58,628 nt of DNA from assembly GCA_964561355.1 (NCBI GenBank), contig CAZLPD010000001.1:28780-87407 (forward strand). Reading direction: 5' to 3'. The stretch is from an uncultured Gammaproteobacteria bacterium. GTDB taxonomy: Bacteria; Patescibacteriota; Patescibacteriia; 2-12-FULL-60-25. The position numbers were made by a program, and so were the translations under genes. Below are positions 8,873 through 18,581 of this stretch, one piece after another (positions within the stretch are counted from its first letter, which is position 1; each line of letters opens with the position of its first letter). The notes beneath the pieces were generated by a model. The model saw only the letters and a program-made list of their open reading frames with translations. It was not told where the DNA came from and did not search any database.

Positions 8873-9393
8873 AGAACTTGTCTTTTGGGCGTTTCGGTAC
8901 GGCGATCGATAAAATACATTGAGTCTTGATTGACCTCATACCCCTTCTTCACCGCCTCGTAGATATATGGGATCGCTGGCATAGACTTCATGGTTTGCAT
9001 GCGCGCCTCCCACTCTTCCAGAGTCAACCAGACGATCTTTGAGCCCGCTTCTGCGCGCTCCTCACCACCGACAGACTCTCCATCAAAGATCCAGTACACG
9101 GAGTGCGTTCCCTGCTTCCAGGTGTTTGAGAGCATGGCCCTGAGACCCGTGAGACGCACATCTAGGCCCGATTCTTCTTTCGCTTCTCGCTTAGCCGCTT
9201 CCATGGGTGTCTCGTGCGGATCTACGTGACCTGCTGGGATATTGAGGAAGATACCTCCTTCGCGCAGCTCTTCGATGAGAAGATATCTGCTCTCCTTTCT
9301 TATCACAACGCCCGTGACTAATCGCCCCGTATAGAGACGTTTACCGAAGAGGAGTTTTGCTCGTAAGCGGCATCGATCGATCCAAGTGAACAT
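8869..9393 (-). CDS. NUDIX hydrolase
   Basis: The Nudix box is GHVDPHETPMEAAKREAKEESGLDV. Its stop overlaps the start of the downstream oxidoreductase gene (ATGA at 8869-8872). Confidence 0.85.
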   Translation of the reverse strand: MFTWIDRCRLRAKLLFGKRLYTGRLVTGVVIRKESRYLLIEELREGGIFLNIPAGHVDPHETPMEAAKREAKEESGLDVRLTGLRAMLSNTWKQGTHSVYWIFDGESVGGEERAEAGSKIVWLTLEEWEARMQTMKSMPAIPYIYEAVKKGYEVNQDSMYFIDRRTETPKRQVL

Positions 9394-9454
9394 AACCTGA
9401 CAGCAACGTAGGGACGAGGCGTACCTCGCCCCTACGCATGAGACGAAATGAATG

Positions 9455-10000
9455 TTAGACGTGCTTTGCCTTGTAGGCCTCCATCGCGCGTGTGACTTCT
9501 GATTTGGCCTCGTCGACCGTACCGAATCCGTTGATTACCACCTTGTCGTACTTGGCTTTTTCGAGTTTCTTGATCTCCTTGAAGTGCAAGAGGAGTTCTT
9601 CCTGAAAATGCTTAGGCAGATCGTCGATGGACTGAACCTCTGCGAAGCGTGGATCAAGCTTATTGGTTGGAACGGCGATGATTTTGTTGTCGCCGCCTTT
9701 TTCGTCGGCTGTTTTGAGCATGCCGATCGCACGGGCTTTGACGACGCATCCAGGGAACGTTGGGTAGGTTACGAGCAAGCAAACGTCGATCGCGTCACCG
9801 TCGTCAGAGTGCGTTTGTGGGATGAAGCCGTAATCAAACGGGTAGAACATCTGATGGTGCAAGACGCGGTCGAGCTTGAAGTAGCCGCCTTCTTCGTCGT
9901 ATTCGTACTTGTTGGACGAACCCTTTGGAAGATCAACGACGACCAAAAATTCTTCAGCGGAACCGGCTGGGACCTCGTGATAGAGATTGATACCTTTCAT
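9455..10000 (-). CDS. ppa: inorganic pyrophosphatase (family I)
   Basis: KYEYDEEGGYFKLDRVL..YPFDYGFIPQTHSDDGDAIDVCLLV is the classic family I PPase active-site region. The length is 181 aa. Confidence 0.92.
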   Translation of the reverse strand: MKGINLYHEVPAGSAEEFLVVVDLPKGSSNKYEYDEEGGYFKLDRVLHHQMFYPFDYGFIPQTHSDDGDAIDVCLLVTYPTFPGCVVKARAIGMLKTADEKGGDNKIIAVPTNKLDPRFAEVQSIDDLPKHFQEELLLHFKEIKKLEKAKYDKVVINGFGTVDEAKSEVTRAMEAYKAKHV

Positions 10001-10049
10001 AGTGGACTGAGCTTAACAAAGCGCTCCGGCTCGGGCAAGATAGCCCCCT

Positions 10050-10613
10050 ATGCCAGTACCCCTGCCTCCCAAGGCTACCAAAAAGTACCAAGGCCCGCTT
10101 TTACAGGTCTACCAGTACGACCAGACGCTCTACGATGGGTCCACGGCTGTTTTTGAGACGGTGGTACGCCCAGATACGGCAACCGTGTTGGCATTTATCG
10201 ATCCAGATACCGTTCTCGTTACTCGCCAGGAACAACCAAACAAAGCTGAACCGTTTTGGTCTTTGCCCGGTGGTCGCGTGGACGAGGGCGAGACTGCTGC
10301 AGAAGCCGCCGAGCGCGAACTTCGGGAGGAAACAGGGCTTCGGGCCGCACGTGTGGAGGAATGGCACACAAAATCATGGGATGGCCTCGTGTCCTACAAA
10401 GAACATTTGTTTATCGCCAAAGGCCTCTCCCCTGCCTCCGAGGGAACTCACCTTGATGCCGGCGAGCGCATTCAGGTAGTTGATATGCCTTGGCGCGAAC
10501 TCGTGCAACTTTGTTTTAAACAACAGCTCCGTGGACCAACAATCATGAATCTTGTTCTCGGTATGGAGTTTGATCGCGCCGCTAAAAAACGGCTGCGCAC
10601 GTTTCTCAAATAA
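10050..10613 (+). CDS. NUDIX hydrolase (ADP-ribose pyrophosphatase/MutT-like)
   Basis: The Nudix box is [26 protein letters not shown]. The gene is divergent from ppa. Confidence 0.85.
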   Translation: MPVPLPPKATKKYQGPLLQVYQYDQTLYDGSTAVFETVVRPDTATVLAFIDPDTVLVTRQEQPNKAEPFWSLPGGRVDEGETAAEAAERELREETGLRAARVEEWHTKSWDGLVSYKEHLFIAKGLSPASEGTHLDAGERIQVVDMPWRELVQLCFKQQLRGPTIMNLVLGMEFDRAAKKRLRTFLK

Positions 10614-10622
10614 ACACCTCTC

Positions 10623-11363
10623 GTGAGCGCCCTCACGAAGTGGTATCATACTGTCATTATGCGTCGTTCCTTGGCCGTTCTTCTCTGGATTCTTATTGGA
10701 GCCATCGCTTCTGGTGCGGGGATGAGCTTCGCTCTTCATCGCTCTAACGAAGATCGTGTACGCCTGACGCGCCTCACAGAGGAAGCAAACGCACGCGCTA
10801 CGTCTTTCGAAAAATTAAGCACCGAGCTTGGCGCGAGCATGCGCCTGGCCACGGAAGAGGTTGGGCGCACACAGTTAGAGCTTGATCGCCTTCGCGGTTG
10901 GCAGACCCAACTCAAAGACGCCACCCCTCTCGTTCCCTTGCGTGCGGCGCAAACAAAAGGCTGGAGCGAATTTGCTTCGGTTCCTCTTGGCGTATCTATT
11001 CGTATCCCGCCAGGCATGCAAGCAAATACCAGTGATGACGGCGTGTTTCTAAAAACCCTCGCAAACCAACATGGGAGAAAAATCGAGGAACAATGGCTTG
11101 GCATGAGTCGCTACAACCCTGAGCGTCAACAGGATATTTACACCCACAGCCATACGAACAGTTCCGGCAGCGTACGGTACGTGCTTAGCAATCGTCTTTT
11201 CACAGGAACGGTCGGCACGTTTGCAGATACGCTCGATCAAAAAATCTATATTCTTTCCATCCAAGAAAACGCTTCGAGTACGTATCTTCTTTGGGCGAAG
11301 ACTGTTGATGGTGTGAGCGAACGCACCATCCTGGACACACTCGCCACTCTTTCGTTTAGATAG
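10623..11363 (+). CDS. hypothetical membrane-anchored protein
   Basis: N-terminal TM anchor (LAVLLWILIGAIASGAGMSFAL), then a coiled-coil stretch and a C-terminal globular part. The ORF-track start is GTG. The internal Met at 10659 is an alternative start. Confidence 0.55.
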   Translation: MSALTKWYHTVIMRRSLAVLLWILIGAIASGAGMSFALHRSNEDRVRLTRLTEEANARATSFEKLSTELGASMRLATEEVGRTQLELDRLRGWQTQLKDATPLVPLRAAQTKGWSEFASVPLGVSIRIPPGMQANTSDDGVFLKTLANQHGRKIEEQWLGMSRYNPERQQDIYTHSHTNSSGSVRYVLSNRLFTGTVGTFADTLDQKIYILSIQENASSTYLLWAKTVDGVSERTILDTLATLSFR

Positions 11364-11367
11364 AGGC

Positions 11368-12261
11368 ATGTCCCCTACTGCTACGCTTTTGCGTTGGTAC
11401 GACCGCCATGGCCGTGATTTGCCGTGGCGACACACGCGCAACGCTTATCACATTCTCGTGAGTGAGGTTATGCTGCAGCAGACGCAGGTGTCCCGCGTCT
11501 TAGAATACTACAAACGCTGGTTAAAGACGTTTCCCGACTGGACTAAACTTGCACAGGCTACAAATGCAGAGGTGATTACTCATTGGTCTGGCCTTGGATA
11601 CAACCGCCGTGCGCTCATGCTTCGTGATATTGCTCGAGCTGTTGTAGAGCGGGGCGAGCCGACGGATGAGGATGGTTGGCGAGCGCTCAAGGGCATTGGT
11701 CCGTACACATCGGCTGCGTTGGCCGCGTTTTCTTTGCATGCACGTGTATTGCCGATTGATACGAATATTCGACGTGTTGGCGCTCGACTATGGCTCGGCG
11801 TTCCGTTCCCCTCTTTGAAGATTGATGATCGCGTCCGTCGTGCGGCTGAACTTTTTTTGCCGACGCGTGGACGTTTTTACGATGTTCCTCAAGCCTTGTT
11901 TGATCTTGCTAGCCTCGTCTGTGCGAAGACACCGAATTGCGCGACGTGCCCGATGAAGTCTCATTGCTTGGCCGCGCCGAAGTTTATCGCTCATCGCGTT
12001 CGCATACCAAAACAGAGCATCAAGAAAGCTAAGGAAACGAAGCATCGCGATAAGCCGTATCCGGATCGGATTTATCGTGGAAGGATTTTGAAGGTCGTGC
12101 GAACGAAGGGCTCTGTGTCTACGCGTGCTCTTGGTCAAGCTATCGACGAGACGTTTCAGGCAGAACATGATCAAGCCTGGCTTTTGCGCATGCTCGATCG
12201 GATGCAACGCGATCACTTGATTGAGATAAAAAAACACGCCGTGGTTTTGCACGGCGTGTGA
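11368..12261 (+). CDS. mutY: A/G-specific adenine DNA glycosylase-like (HhH-GPD + 4Fe-4S), atypical short C-terminus
   Basis: The MutY-type N-terminus is LLRWYDRHGRDLPWRHTRNAYHILVSEVMLQQTQVSRVLEYYKRWLKTFP. The HhH element is LKGIGPYTSAA and the cluster ligands are CAKTPNCATCPMKSHC. The last 90 aa or so do not look like the usual Nudix-like MutY C-domain. Confidence 0.75.
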   Translation: MSPTATLLRWYDRHGRDLPWRHTRNAYHILVSEVMLQQTQVSRVLEYYKRWLKTFPDWTKLAQATNAEVITHWSGLGYNRRALMLRDIARAVVERGEPTDEDGWRALKGIGPYTSAALAAFSLHARVLPIDTNIRRVGARLWLGVPFPSLKIDDRVRRAAELFLPTRGRFYDVPQALFDLASLVCAKTPNCATCPMKSHCLAAPKFIAHRVRIPKQSIKKAKETKHRDKPYPDRIYRGRILKVVRTKGSVSTRALGQAIDETFQAEHDQAWLLRMLDRMQRDHLIEIKKHAVVLHGV

Positions 12262-12276
12262 ATCCATTTTTTCCTG

Positions 12277-13281
12277 CTACGCGGAAAAAATACTGCGCTT
12301 GTAGGCTTCGAGATTTTCGAGAGCGATGCCTGTGCCCTTTGCCACGCACAACTGCGGATGATCGGCCACGAAGGCTGGCACACCCGTTGCTTCGGCGAAG
12401 AGGCGATCGAGATTGCGTAGCTGCGCGGTTCCACCGGACAGGACCATGCCTTTTTGCATGACGTCGGCAGAAAGCTCTGGTGGCGTGGCGCGAAGCACGT
12501 CTTTGATAGCCTCAACGATTCCTTGGAGTTCGTGCTGGATAGCGTCCGTTACATCGTCACTTGTGACGGTAACGATGCGGGGCAACCCGCTCACCATGTC
12601 ACGACCTTTGACCTCCATCTCCAACTTTTCCTCGAGATACAGAGCGGAGCCAATGCGGATTTTTATTTCTTCTGATGTGCGTTCTCCGACGGCCAAGCTA
12701 TATTTGCGACGGACGTGCTCCTGGATTGCCGCGTCGAGCTTGTTCCCGCCGATGCGCACGGATGCGGATGAGACGATACCACCGAGCGAGATGACGGCGA
12801 TCTCTGAGGTTCCTCCACCGATATCGATAATCATGTGACCCGAGGCTGATCCGATGGGAATATCCGCACCGATAGCAGCCACCACAGGCTCCTTGATGAT
12901 GTACGCAGCCTTGGCGCCAGCGGAGAGCGTAGCATCAATCACGGCACGACGTTCGGTGGATGTGATACCGCCCGGCACAGCCACCATCACCTCTGGACGA
13001 AAGAGGCGCACACCGCCGAGCGCCTTGTTAATGAAGTAGCGCAGCATCGCTTCTGTTGTGCGGTAGTCTGCGATTACCCCATCTTTCAGCGGACGTTTGG
13101 CGACGATGCTTTCTGGCGTGCGACCCAACATTTCTTTTGCCTCTTTTCCAACGGCCATGACTTTTTTATCCGCAAGCGAAATCGCCACGACCGATGGCTC
13201 GTGGATGATGATGCCTTTTTTGGGAATGTAGACGAGAACGGTGGTCGTGCCTAAATCGATGCCAATTTTTTTTCCAAACAT
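12277..13281 (-). CDS. mreB: rod-shape determining actin homolog MreB
   Basis: MFGKKIGIDLGTTTVLVYIPKKGIIIHEPSVVAI..., DIGGGTSEIAVISLGG and LSGGTAQLRNLDRL are all typical MreB blocks. Confidence 0.92.
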   Translation of the reverse strand: MFGKKIGIDLGTTTVLVYIPKKGIIIHEPSVVAISLADKKVMAVGKEAKEMLGRTPESIVAKRPLKDGVIADYRTTEAMLRYFINKALGGVRLFRPEVMVAVPGGITSTERRAVIDATLSAGAKAAYIIKEPVVAAIGADIPIGSASGHMIIDIGGGTSEIAVISLGGIVSSASVRIGGNKLDAAIQEHVRRKYSLAVGERTSEEIKIRIGSALYLEEKLEMEVKGRDMVSGLPRIVTVTSDDVTDAIQHELQGIVEAIKDVLRATPPELSADVMQKGMVLSGGTAQLRNLDRLFAEATGVPAFVADHPQLCVAKGTGIALENLEAYKRSIFSA

Positions 13282-13337
13282 AGAGGATCTCTCTTCTTTA
13301 TACGGCGATTACAGAACTGTGCTTACGACGCCCCATT

Positions 13338-15428
13338 TTATTTCACCCTTACTTCAACTCCTGCATCTTTCTCCATGTCCACCGTCGTTCGATAATGATC
13401 ATCACCGTACTCTTCTGGTGCTTCTGGAGGCGTTGCGGCTACAAGCTTCTTACCCAACCGGAGGTCGATGGTCAAACGTTGTTTTGCGCCTGGCTGTTTC
13501 TGGAGCAAAAGTGAGTAAACGCCACGGCTCATGAGTGGCCCACGCACACGCTCTGGCAAGCGATAGGTGAACGAAAGTGTGCGCGTTTGGCCTGGTTCAA
13601 TCGACCAGAAGGCTCCAAAAACCGTTTTCCCTAGATCCTTCATCACATCGACCGTCCCCGGGAGCACTTGGCCGCCTGATTGATTAAGATCTTTCGCCAT
13701 GGCGCCTTGGCTTGAGATAAGCTCGCTGCCTTCGGGGACGAAGATGCGGACGTAGTCGCGGTAGCGAGTGTAGCGCCAGGTAATCGATCGATTTGTGTTG
13801 GTGTAGGTGAGGCGAACGGTGGCGGTGAGTCCGGCTGGATCTGTGGCATCTACCTGATAGTCGACACGTTTGTCCATCACGCCATCCGTTTTGAGGGCGG
13901 CGAGGTTGGCGTCGACGACCCATAATTCGTCTTGGATCGCTCCTCGTGCGCGACCGCTCCAGTTGCGCACATCGAATGCCTTTGCGAGTGCAGGATCACG
14001 CATCACAACCATCGCATCCTTCTTCGCGAACGCGTCCAACGCGAGATCGAAGAGATCCACCCAGCGCTTGGCGGGTTGATCCGTTAAACGTGCGATAAGC
14101 GCCTCCCCTATTTTTGAAATAATCTTTTTTCGCTCTTCGACAGGGATTCCTTGCTTGGCGAAACCAACCTCGACCGCGTATTGCAGCTGATCAAAGAATC
14201 CATCAGCGGAGAATGTTATACCGTCGACCGTGACTGGCCCTGTAAAACGCAGGAGCGACGTAAAGAGGCCCGGCTCCAACAAGATTACGCCGTCCGCTGT
14301 CTCGACGTGGACGGATGATACGCTCGCTGCAAGCCATCCCTGTCGCTGAAACAGTTGCGAGATACGATCAGCCGTCTGCGGAACGTCGGGTGACCAGTTG
14401 CTATCACGTAGATACCACGCATCTACCCCCAGCTGTCGTTTGAGCGGCTCTGGTGGAGGGCCAAGAATCGTTGAGCTTGCCGTGCGATCGAAGGCGTAGA
14501 CATCTTGAAAGGATTGATCCGTGAGCTCACCACTGTCGACGCGTACCACCCCAACCGTACCGATGAATCCACCGGTTGGTCGAAGCTCATCTGCATTTTG
14601 TAATAGCACGATGTAGGTTTTGGGCTGAGGATATCCAACCATTGGCAACATCACCCCCGCGAGATCGATGGCGATCTGAGAACGATCACGGAACGTGGCA
14701 AGCGTAGCGGTTACCGGCGCAAGAGCTGCGCGCACCTGCGGAAGCAACTTATCCTGCGGAATACGATCCCAGGCATCGAGTGCGATCAAGGCCTTTTCTC
14801 TGGCTGCGCGTATCTCTGGAAGTGTTTGATCGATACGGGCAAGAATTGAACGTTTTTCTTGAGGTGAAAGATCGCGGAAGGAGCGGTGGCTCGCGACATC
14901 TGGCGAGAGCCCGGGGGCTTGAGAGACCGCGTCGAAGGCATCTTGAATACGCACCGCGGCCTGCAACACTTGTTCCGCTGCATCTAGTCCGATCGAGCCG
15001 GCTTCGAAGGCGTTATCTACCGCTTGAACCTGCGTACTTACCCACGGAACCAGTCCCCAAGGACCAACCCACTGCCACGAAGCCCGCGCAGCCACGAGTT
15101 CAAGGCGAGTTGTTTCGAGGGATGTTTGCGCCTCTTTAAAAGATCGCGCCGACATCTGTATGTAGGCGGTCTGAAGTGATTGCTTGGCGGAACGAGCATG
15201 CGTCCCGGCGCCGATCGCTGCGTAGACAAGAGGGGCGCATAACAAACAGACCACGATGATCACACCCAGCAACACCCACGGCCAACGAGGCTTACGCGAG
15301 GTAACCGACTCGTGAAACGATCCTTGCGCCAAAGAAGGCGCCTGGTCGTTTTCGTGAGATCCCTGCAAAAAGTCCAACGTGCTCATGCGCCTATTGTGCC
15401 TGCATAAGCAGCTTTTCACAACGCGCAC
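13338..15428 (-). CDS. DUF4012 domain-containing membrane-anchored protein
   Basis: N-terminal TM anchor (WPWVLLGVIIVVCLLCAPLVYAAI) plus the conserved core LLQNADELRPTGGFIGTVGVVRVDSGEL typical of DUF4012. The alternative start MSTLDF at 15386 is likely. Confidence 0.8.
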   Translation of the reverse strand: MRVVKSCLCRHNRRMSTLDFLQGSHENDQAPSLAQGSFHESVTSRKPRWPWVLLGVIIVVCLLCAPLVYAAIGAGTHARSAKQSLQTAYIQMSARSFKEAQTSLETTRLELVAARASWQWVGPWGLVPWVSTQVQAVDNAFEAGSIGLDAAEQVLQAAVRIQDAFDAVSQAPGLSPDVASHRSFRDLSPQEKRSILARIDQTLPEIRAAREKALIALDAWDRIPQDKLLPQVRAALAPVTATLATFRDRSQIAIDLAGVMLPMVGYPQPKTYIVLLQNADELRPTGGFIGTVGVVRVDSGELTDQSFQDVYAFDRTASSTILGPPPEPLKRQLGVDAWYLRDSNWSPDVPQTADRISQLFQRQGWLAASVSSVHVETADGVILLEPGLFTSLLRFTGPVTVDGITFSADGFFDQLQYAVEVGFAKQGIPVEERKKIISKIGEALIARLTDQPAKRWVDLFDLALDAFAKKDAMVVMRDPALAKAFDVRNWSGRARGAIQDELWVVDANLAALKTDGVMDKRVDYQVDATDPAGLTATVRLTYTNTNRSITWRYTRYRDYVRIFVPEGSELISSQGAMAKDLNQSGGQVLPGTVDVMKDLGKTVFGAFWSIEPGQTRTLSFTYRLPERVRGPLMSRGVYSLLLQKQPGAKQRLTIDLRLGKKLVAATPPEAPEEYGDDHYRTTVDMEKDAGVEVRVK

Positions 15429-15523
15429 GATTCTCCCCTTAGCTTTGACGAAATCCCCAATCTATGTCACAAATGATCGGCTCACCTAGACTATACGTCT
15501 AACGCGCAGAAAGGAGGTGGGTA

Positions 15524-16627
15524 GTGATAGATCTTTGGGAAACAGAGGCGCAGAAAAGCGGTTTTCAGAGCCGTCCGATTCCGAGAGCATCGCTCCCTGA
15601 ATCCGGAAAACGTGTGCAGAAGAAGGTCTTTGCGACACAAGTCCGTGCGGCTAAAACCCTCGGGACGAGGATGGGACACCTCCTCTTCCTCACGTGGGAG
15701 CGAGACGACGCTCGAGCCGGTAACCCCGCCGACTTCATCCTCACCCCCTTCCGTACCGGCGCAGATGGTCGCCGAATGACGGCCCCCGATCCACTCCCTA
15801 CAAGAAGAGGGAAGCGATTCGCACTCGCTGCCATCGCCCTTTACCAGGGGATCATTCAGTTCAGACTGGATATTCAACGGTCCTGGAAAGGCTCTGATTA
15901 CGTGATGAGAGAGTTCCTTCGCGGGCGTTATCGCGCTATCGAAGGCGCCCTTCAGACTACCATCCAGGGACTCCTTCTGCAGTCCTGGCTCAGACTCCCC
16001 TGGTCGTTGCGACACATGCTATTCGCTGCATTCCGCGGTGAAGACGAGTCGATCAGCAGCGACTGGAGCAGGACCTGCCGAGGGAGCCTCAGCGCCGCCT
16101 TCGTCACCCGCGGCTTCCAGGACATTCTTACGACTTCACAGTCCAGAAGCGCACCTCGTGAGCGCTACTGGCATCTCTACTGGGCAACGGATAGAGAAGA
16201 CCGTGTCGGCAAGATCGACCTCATCGCGGTTGGCAGAATCCGCGGACTCGGGCGTATTACGCTCTGTATTCAGATCAAGACGGGTAATGACCCGTATCTG
16301 GAAATCCTCCTGCAAGATCCTTCGGATATTCCGACGGGTGATGGTAGGCTCGACAGACTCCGTGAGGATCTCTGGGACGGCGTGGAAGAGTTTCGCCGCG
16401 CCCACCCAGACATGAAGGAACTTCGGACCAACGCCTACGCAGCGATCATCCAAACAGGCGCGAGCGTCGCGAAGATTACTAACATCGACAGGAACAGCGC
16501 GCATGTTCGTAACCTTATCGAAGGCATGCTCACGAAGTTCGAGACGGATCTCAAAGACCGTCGCCGCCGAGAGCGGATGTACCAAGAAATTGACGAGCCC
16601 GGTCTTCCGAGAGCTCGTGCCCGCTAA
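15524..16627 (+). CDS. orphan GC-rich protein with a PD-(D/E)xK (YraN/Hjc-like) nuclease-type motif
   Basis: GTG start preceded by a strong SD (AAAGGAGGTGggta). There is clear G/C third-position bias across the whole ORF; my hand count of 15661-15720 is 41/60 G+C. The C-terminal half has GKIDLIAVG-x12-CIQIKTG, which resembles the D..(E/Q)xK core of YraN/Hjc/Mrr-type nucleases. It is oriented opposite to all neighbouring genes. Confidence 0.6.
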   Translation: MIDLWETEAQKSGFQSRPIPRASLPESGKRVQKKVFATQVRAAKTLGTRMGHLLFLTWERDDARAGNPADFILTPFRTGADGRRMTAPDPLPTRRGKRFALAAIALYQGIIQFRLDIQRSWKGSDYVMREFLRGRYRAIEGALQTTIQGLLLQSWLRLPWSLRHMLFAAFRGEDESISSDWSRTCRGSLSAAFVTRGFQDILTTSQSRSAPRERYWHLYWATDREDRVGKIDLIAVGRIRGLGRITLCIQIKTGNDPYLEILLQDPSDIPTGDGRLDRLREDLWDGVEEFRRAHPDMKELRTNAYAAIIQTGASVAKITNIDRNSAHVRNLIEGMLTKFETDLKDRRRRERMYQEIDEPGLPRARAR

Positions 16628-16678
16628 CACTCCACCACGCCCCGCGCTTCTTGCGCCCCTCGCGTGGTCTTTTGCTTT

Positions 16679-17536
16679 TTATAGGGATTTCGCTTTTGTC
16701 TTTTGATACTCCAGACGTGGATTTGGTTGGCCAAAATATTTCGCGAAGTATTTGAATCCGCTCGCGATATGGATTCGCGTGACGGGATTTTTGAGCGCCT
16801 GCCAGATGTTTTTGGTCTGACTTTGTTTTTGGTAGTAATGCAAAATGCGCGCGACGGGCGTGTAGACAACGCGTTGACCCGCGAGCCACACACGACGACA
16901 TACGTCTGCATCTTCGAAGTACAAAAAGAAACGCTCATCGAACCATCCGACTTTTTCAAACGTGTCCCGACGGATGAGGTGCGCGGCTCCCAACACCCAG
17001 TCCACTTCATGTTCTTGCGTACGGTCCAATCCTTCCATGCGATAGCGAGAGACCATACCTGAGCATCCAGGCAACTTTCCGAGCGGCGTTCGACGCAAGA
17101 TAGGGATGAAGGGATTCGGAAATTGGTAGCATGACTCTTGATCGGTGCCGTCGGCATTCATGAGACGCGGACCGGATACGCCAACGTCCGGATGCGCTTC
17201 CATCCAATCGAACCATTTGTCCAACTCCCCTGCCTCAATCACTAAATCCGGATTCAGCCACATGATGTACTTTCCACGCGTGCTCGGAAGCACTAAGTTC
17301 ACCCCAGCTCCAAGGCCAATGTTCTTAGGAGACATCGTGAGCTTTACCCACGGAAACTGTTCACGGATTACCTGATCGATGCCGTCACGAGAGTCGTTGT
17401 CTACCAAAAAAAACTCGTAGGTGAACTTTGGCGGCGCATCTTGAATCCCCTTGAGGAGATGGCGTAAAAAATTCACCATCTTGTAATTCACGATGACGAT
17501 TGATACCTGTGGCGCCTCATTCGTTACGATAGGCAT
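16679..17536 (-). CDS. glycosyltransferase family 2
   Basis: VSIVIVNYKMVNFLRHLLKGI...FFLVDNDSRDG is the GT-A N-terminal signature. The length is 285 aa. Confidence 0.85.
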   Translation of the reverse strand: MPIVTNEAPQVSIVIVNYKMVNFLRHLLKGIQDAPPKFTYEFFLVDNDSRDGIDQVIREQFPWVKLTMSPKNIGLGAGVNLVLPSTRGKYIMWLNPDLVIEAGELDKWFDWMEAHPDVGVSGPRLMNADGTDQESCYQFPNPFIPILRRTPLGKLPGCSGMVSRYRMEGLDRTQEHEVDWVLGAAHLIRRDTFEKVGWFDERFFLYFEDADVCRRVWLAGQRVVYTPVARILHYYQKQSQTKNIWQALKNPVTRIHIASGFKYFAKYFGQPNPRLEYQKTKAKSL

Positions 17537-17551
17537 ATATTTATGGTTATC

Positions 17552-18574
17552 CTAGCCACGAGGCACCCTCCTGGCAAGCCGCAGCATTCCCCTAGCGCGC
17601 AAGGCACCTGGGATCACAAACCAGCTACGTAAGATCGCCGGAATAATGCGTGGATCGGCACACACCTCAAGAAGACGAACGATCCATGAAGCCACTAGCC
17701 AGGACATGGCATACACCATCTGTTGCCAGGTGGCTTGTTTTATACGCAATACGCAGAGATAGCTACGGGCAGCGCGGGCTCTGGAGGCTTCGAGACCGTA
17801 CCAACGACGCAGGCGACCAACCCATCCAAGAGACGAGATAAGTGGACGCTGCACCCAGGCAAGCGCTTGCGGAGCGATCATCATTGGTTCGCCGAGCATC
17901 TGTAAGCGCCACACGAGATCGAGCACCGCATACTGTTCCGGAAGACTCGCATCCAACCATTCCTCCCCCACCTTGGCGCGCATGAGCACATCCGCTCGCA
18001 CAAAGAGACACCACGGCCCAGGCAACACCTGTTCTGCAGGCCCATCGTATTGCCCTTCGTCACGCGTTCCTTGCCCACGAGGCATGAGCTCAAGGGATTT
18101 TGAAAATGTTCGACCCACTTCTTCGATGATTCCCGTGTCCACCAATTGGGGCTCGTCGCGGTCGTCCTGCCTCTCCAGGTGCGCAGCCCGGACTTTTGGC
18201 GAGAAGACCGCTACATCTGGATGCGACTGTGCCGCTTGAAGGAGTTGCGCTAGACAATCCGGCGCCAGCATCACACGCGAAGATAGAAGACCGATCCACC
18301 TGGTCTTGCGCGCATCCTCCGACCAACGCGCGAAGAGAGACGTCAGTGCTTGATTATGTGCTTTTACGAAACCTTGATCACGAAAATTGCGCAGCACCAT
18401 CACATCCGGACCTTCTCCACGCGCCCAGGGAGCCGTTCCATCCTGCGAAGCGTTATCAACAACGACCACTTCGAAGGCACGCTCCGTTTGTGCGCGAAGA
18501 CTTTCCAGCGTCGGCTTTGCAGATGAAGCGGGTTGTGTGATCGCGATGTGTAAGGAAGCGAGCGGAGAGGACAT
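17552..18574 (-). CDS. glycosyltransferase family 2
   Basis: The GT2 signature is SLRAQTERAFEVVVVDNASQDGT. The gene is co-directional with and tightly spaced to the flanking GT2 genes. Confidence 0.75.
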   Translation of the reverse strand: MSSPLASLHIAITQPASSAKPTLESLRAQTERAFEVVVVDNASQDGTAPWARGEGPDVMVLRNFRDQGFVKAHNQALTSLFARWSEDARKTRWIGLLSSRVMLAPDCLAQLLQAAQSHPDVAVFSPKVRAAHLERQDDRDEPQLVDTGIIEEVGRTFSKSLELMPRGQGTRDEGQYDGPAEQVLPGPWCLFVRADVLMRAKVGEEWLDASLPEQYAVLDLVWRLQMLGEPMMIAPQALAWVQRPLISSLGWVGRLRRWYGLEASRARAARSYLCVLRIKQATWQQMVYAMSWLVASWIVRLLEVCADPRIIPAILRSWFVIPGALRARGMLRLARRVPRG

Positions 18575-18581
18575 ACGAACA

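Noticed and set aside
15491-16015. 174-aa minus-strand ORF antisense to the 15524..16627 gene
   Set aside because: The plus-strand frame carries the G/C third-position bias and has a strong SD. The minus ORF is a GC-rich shadow.
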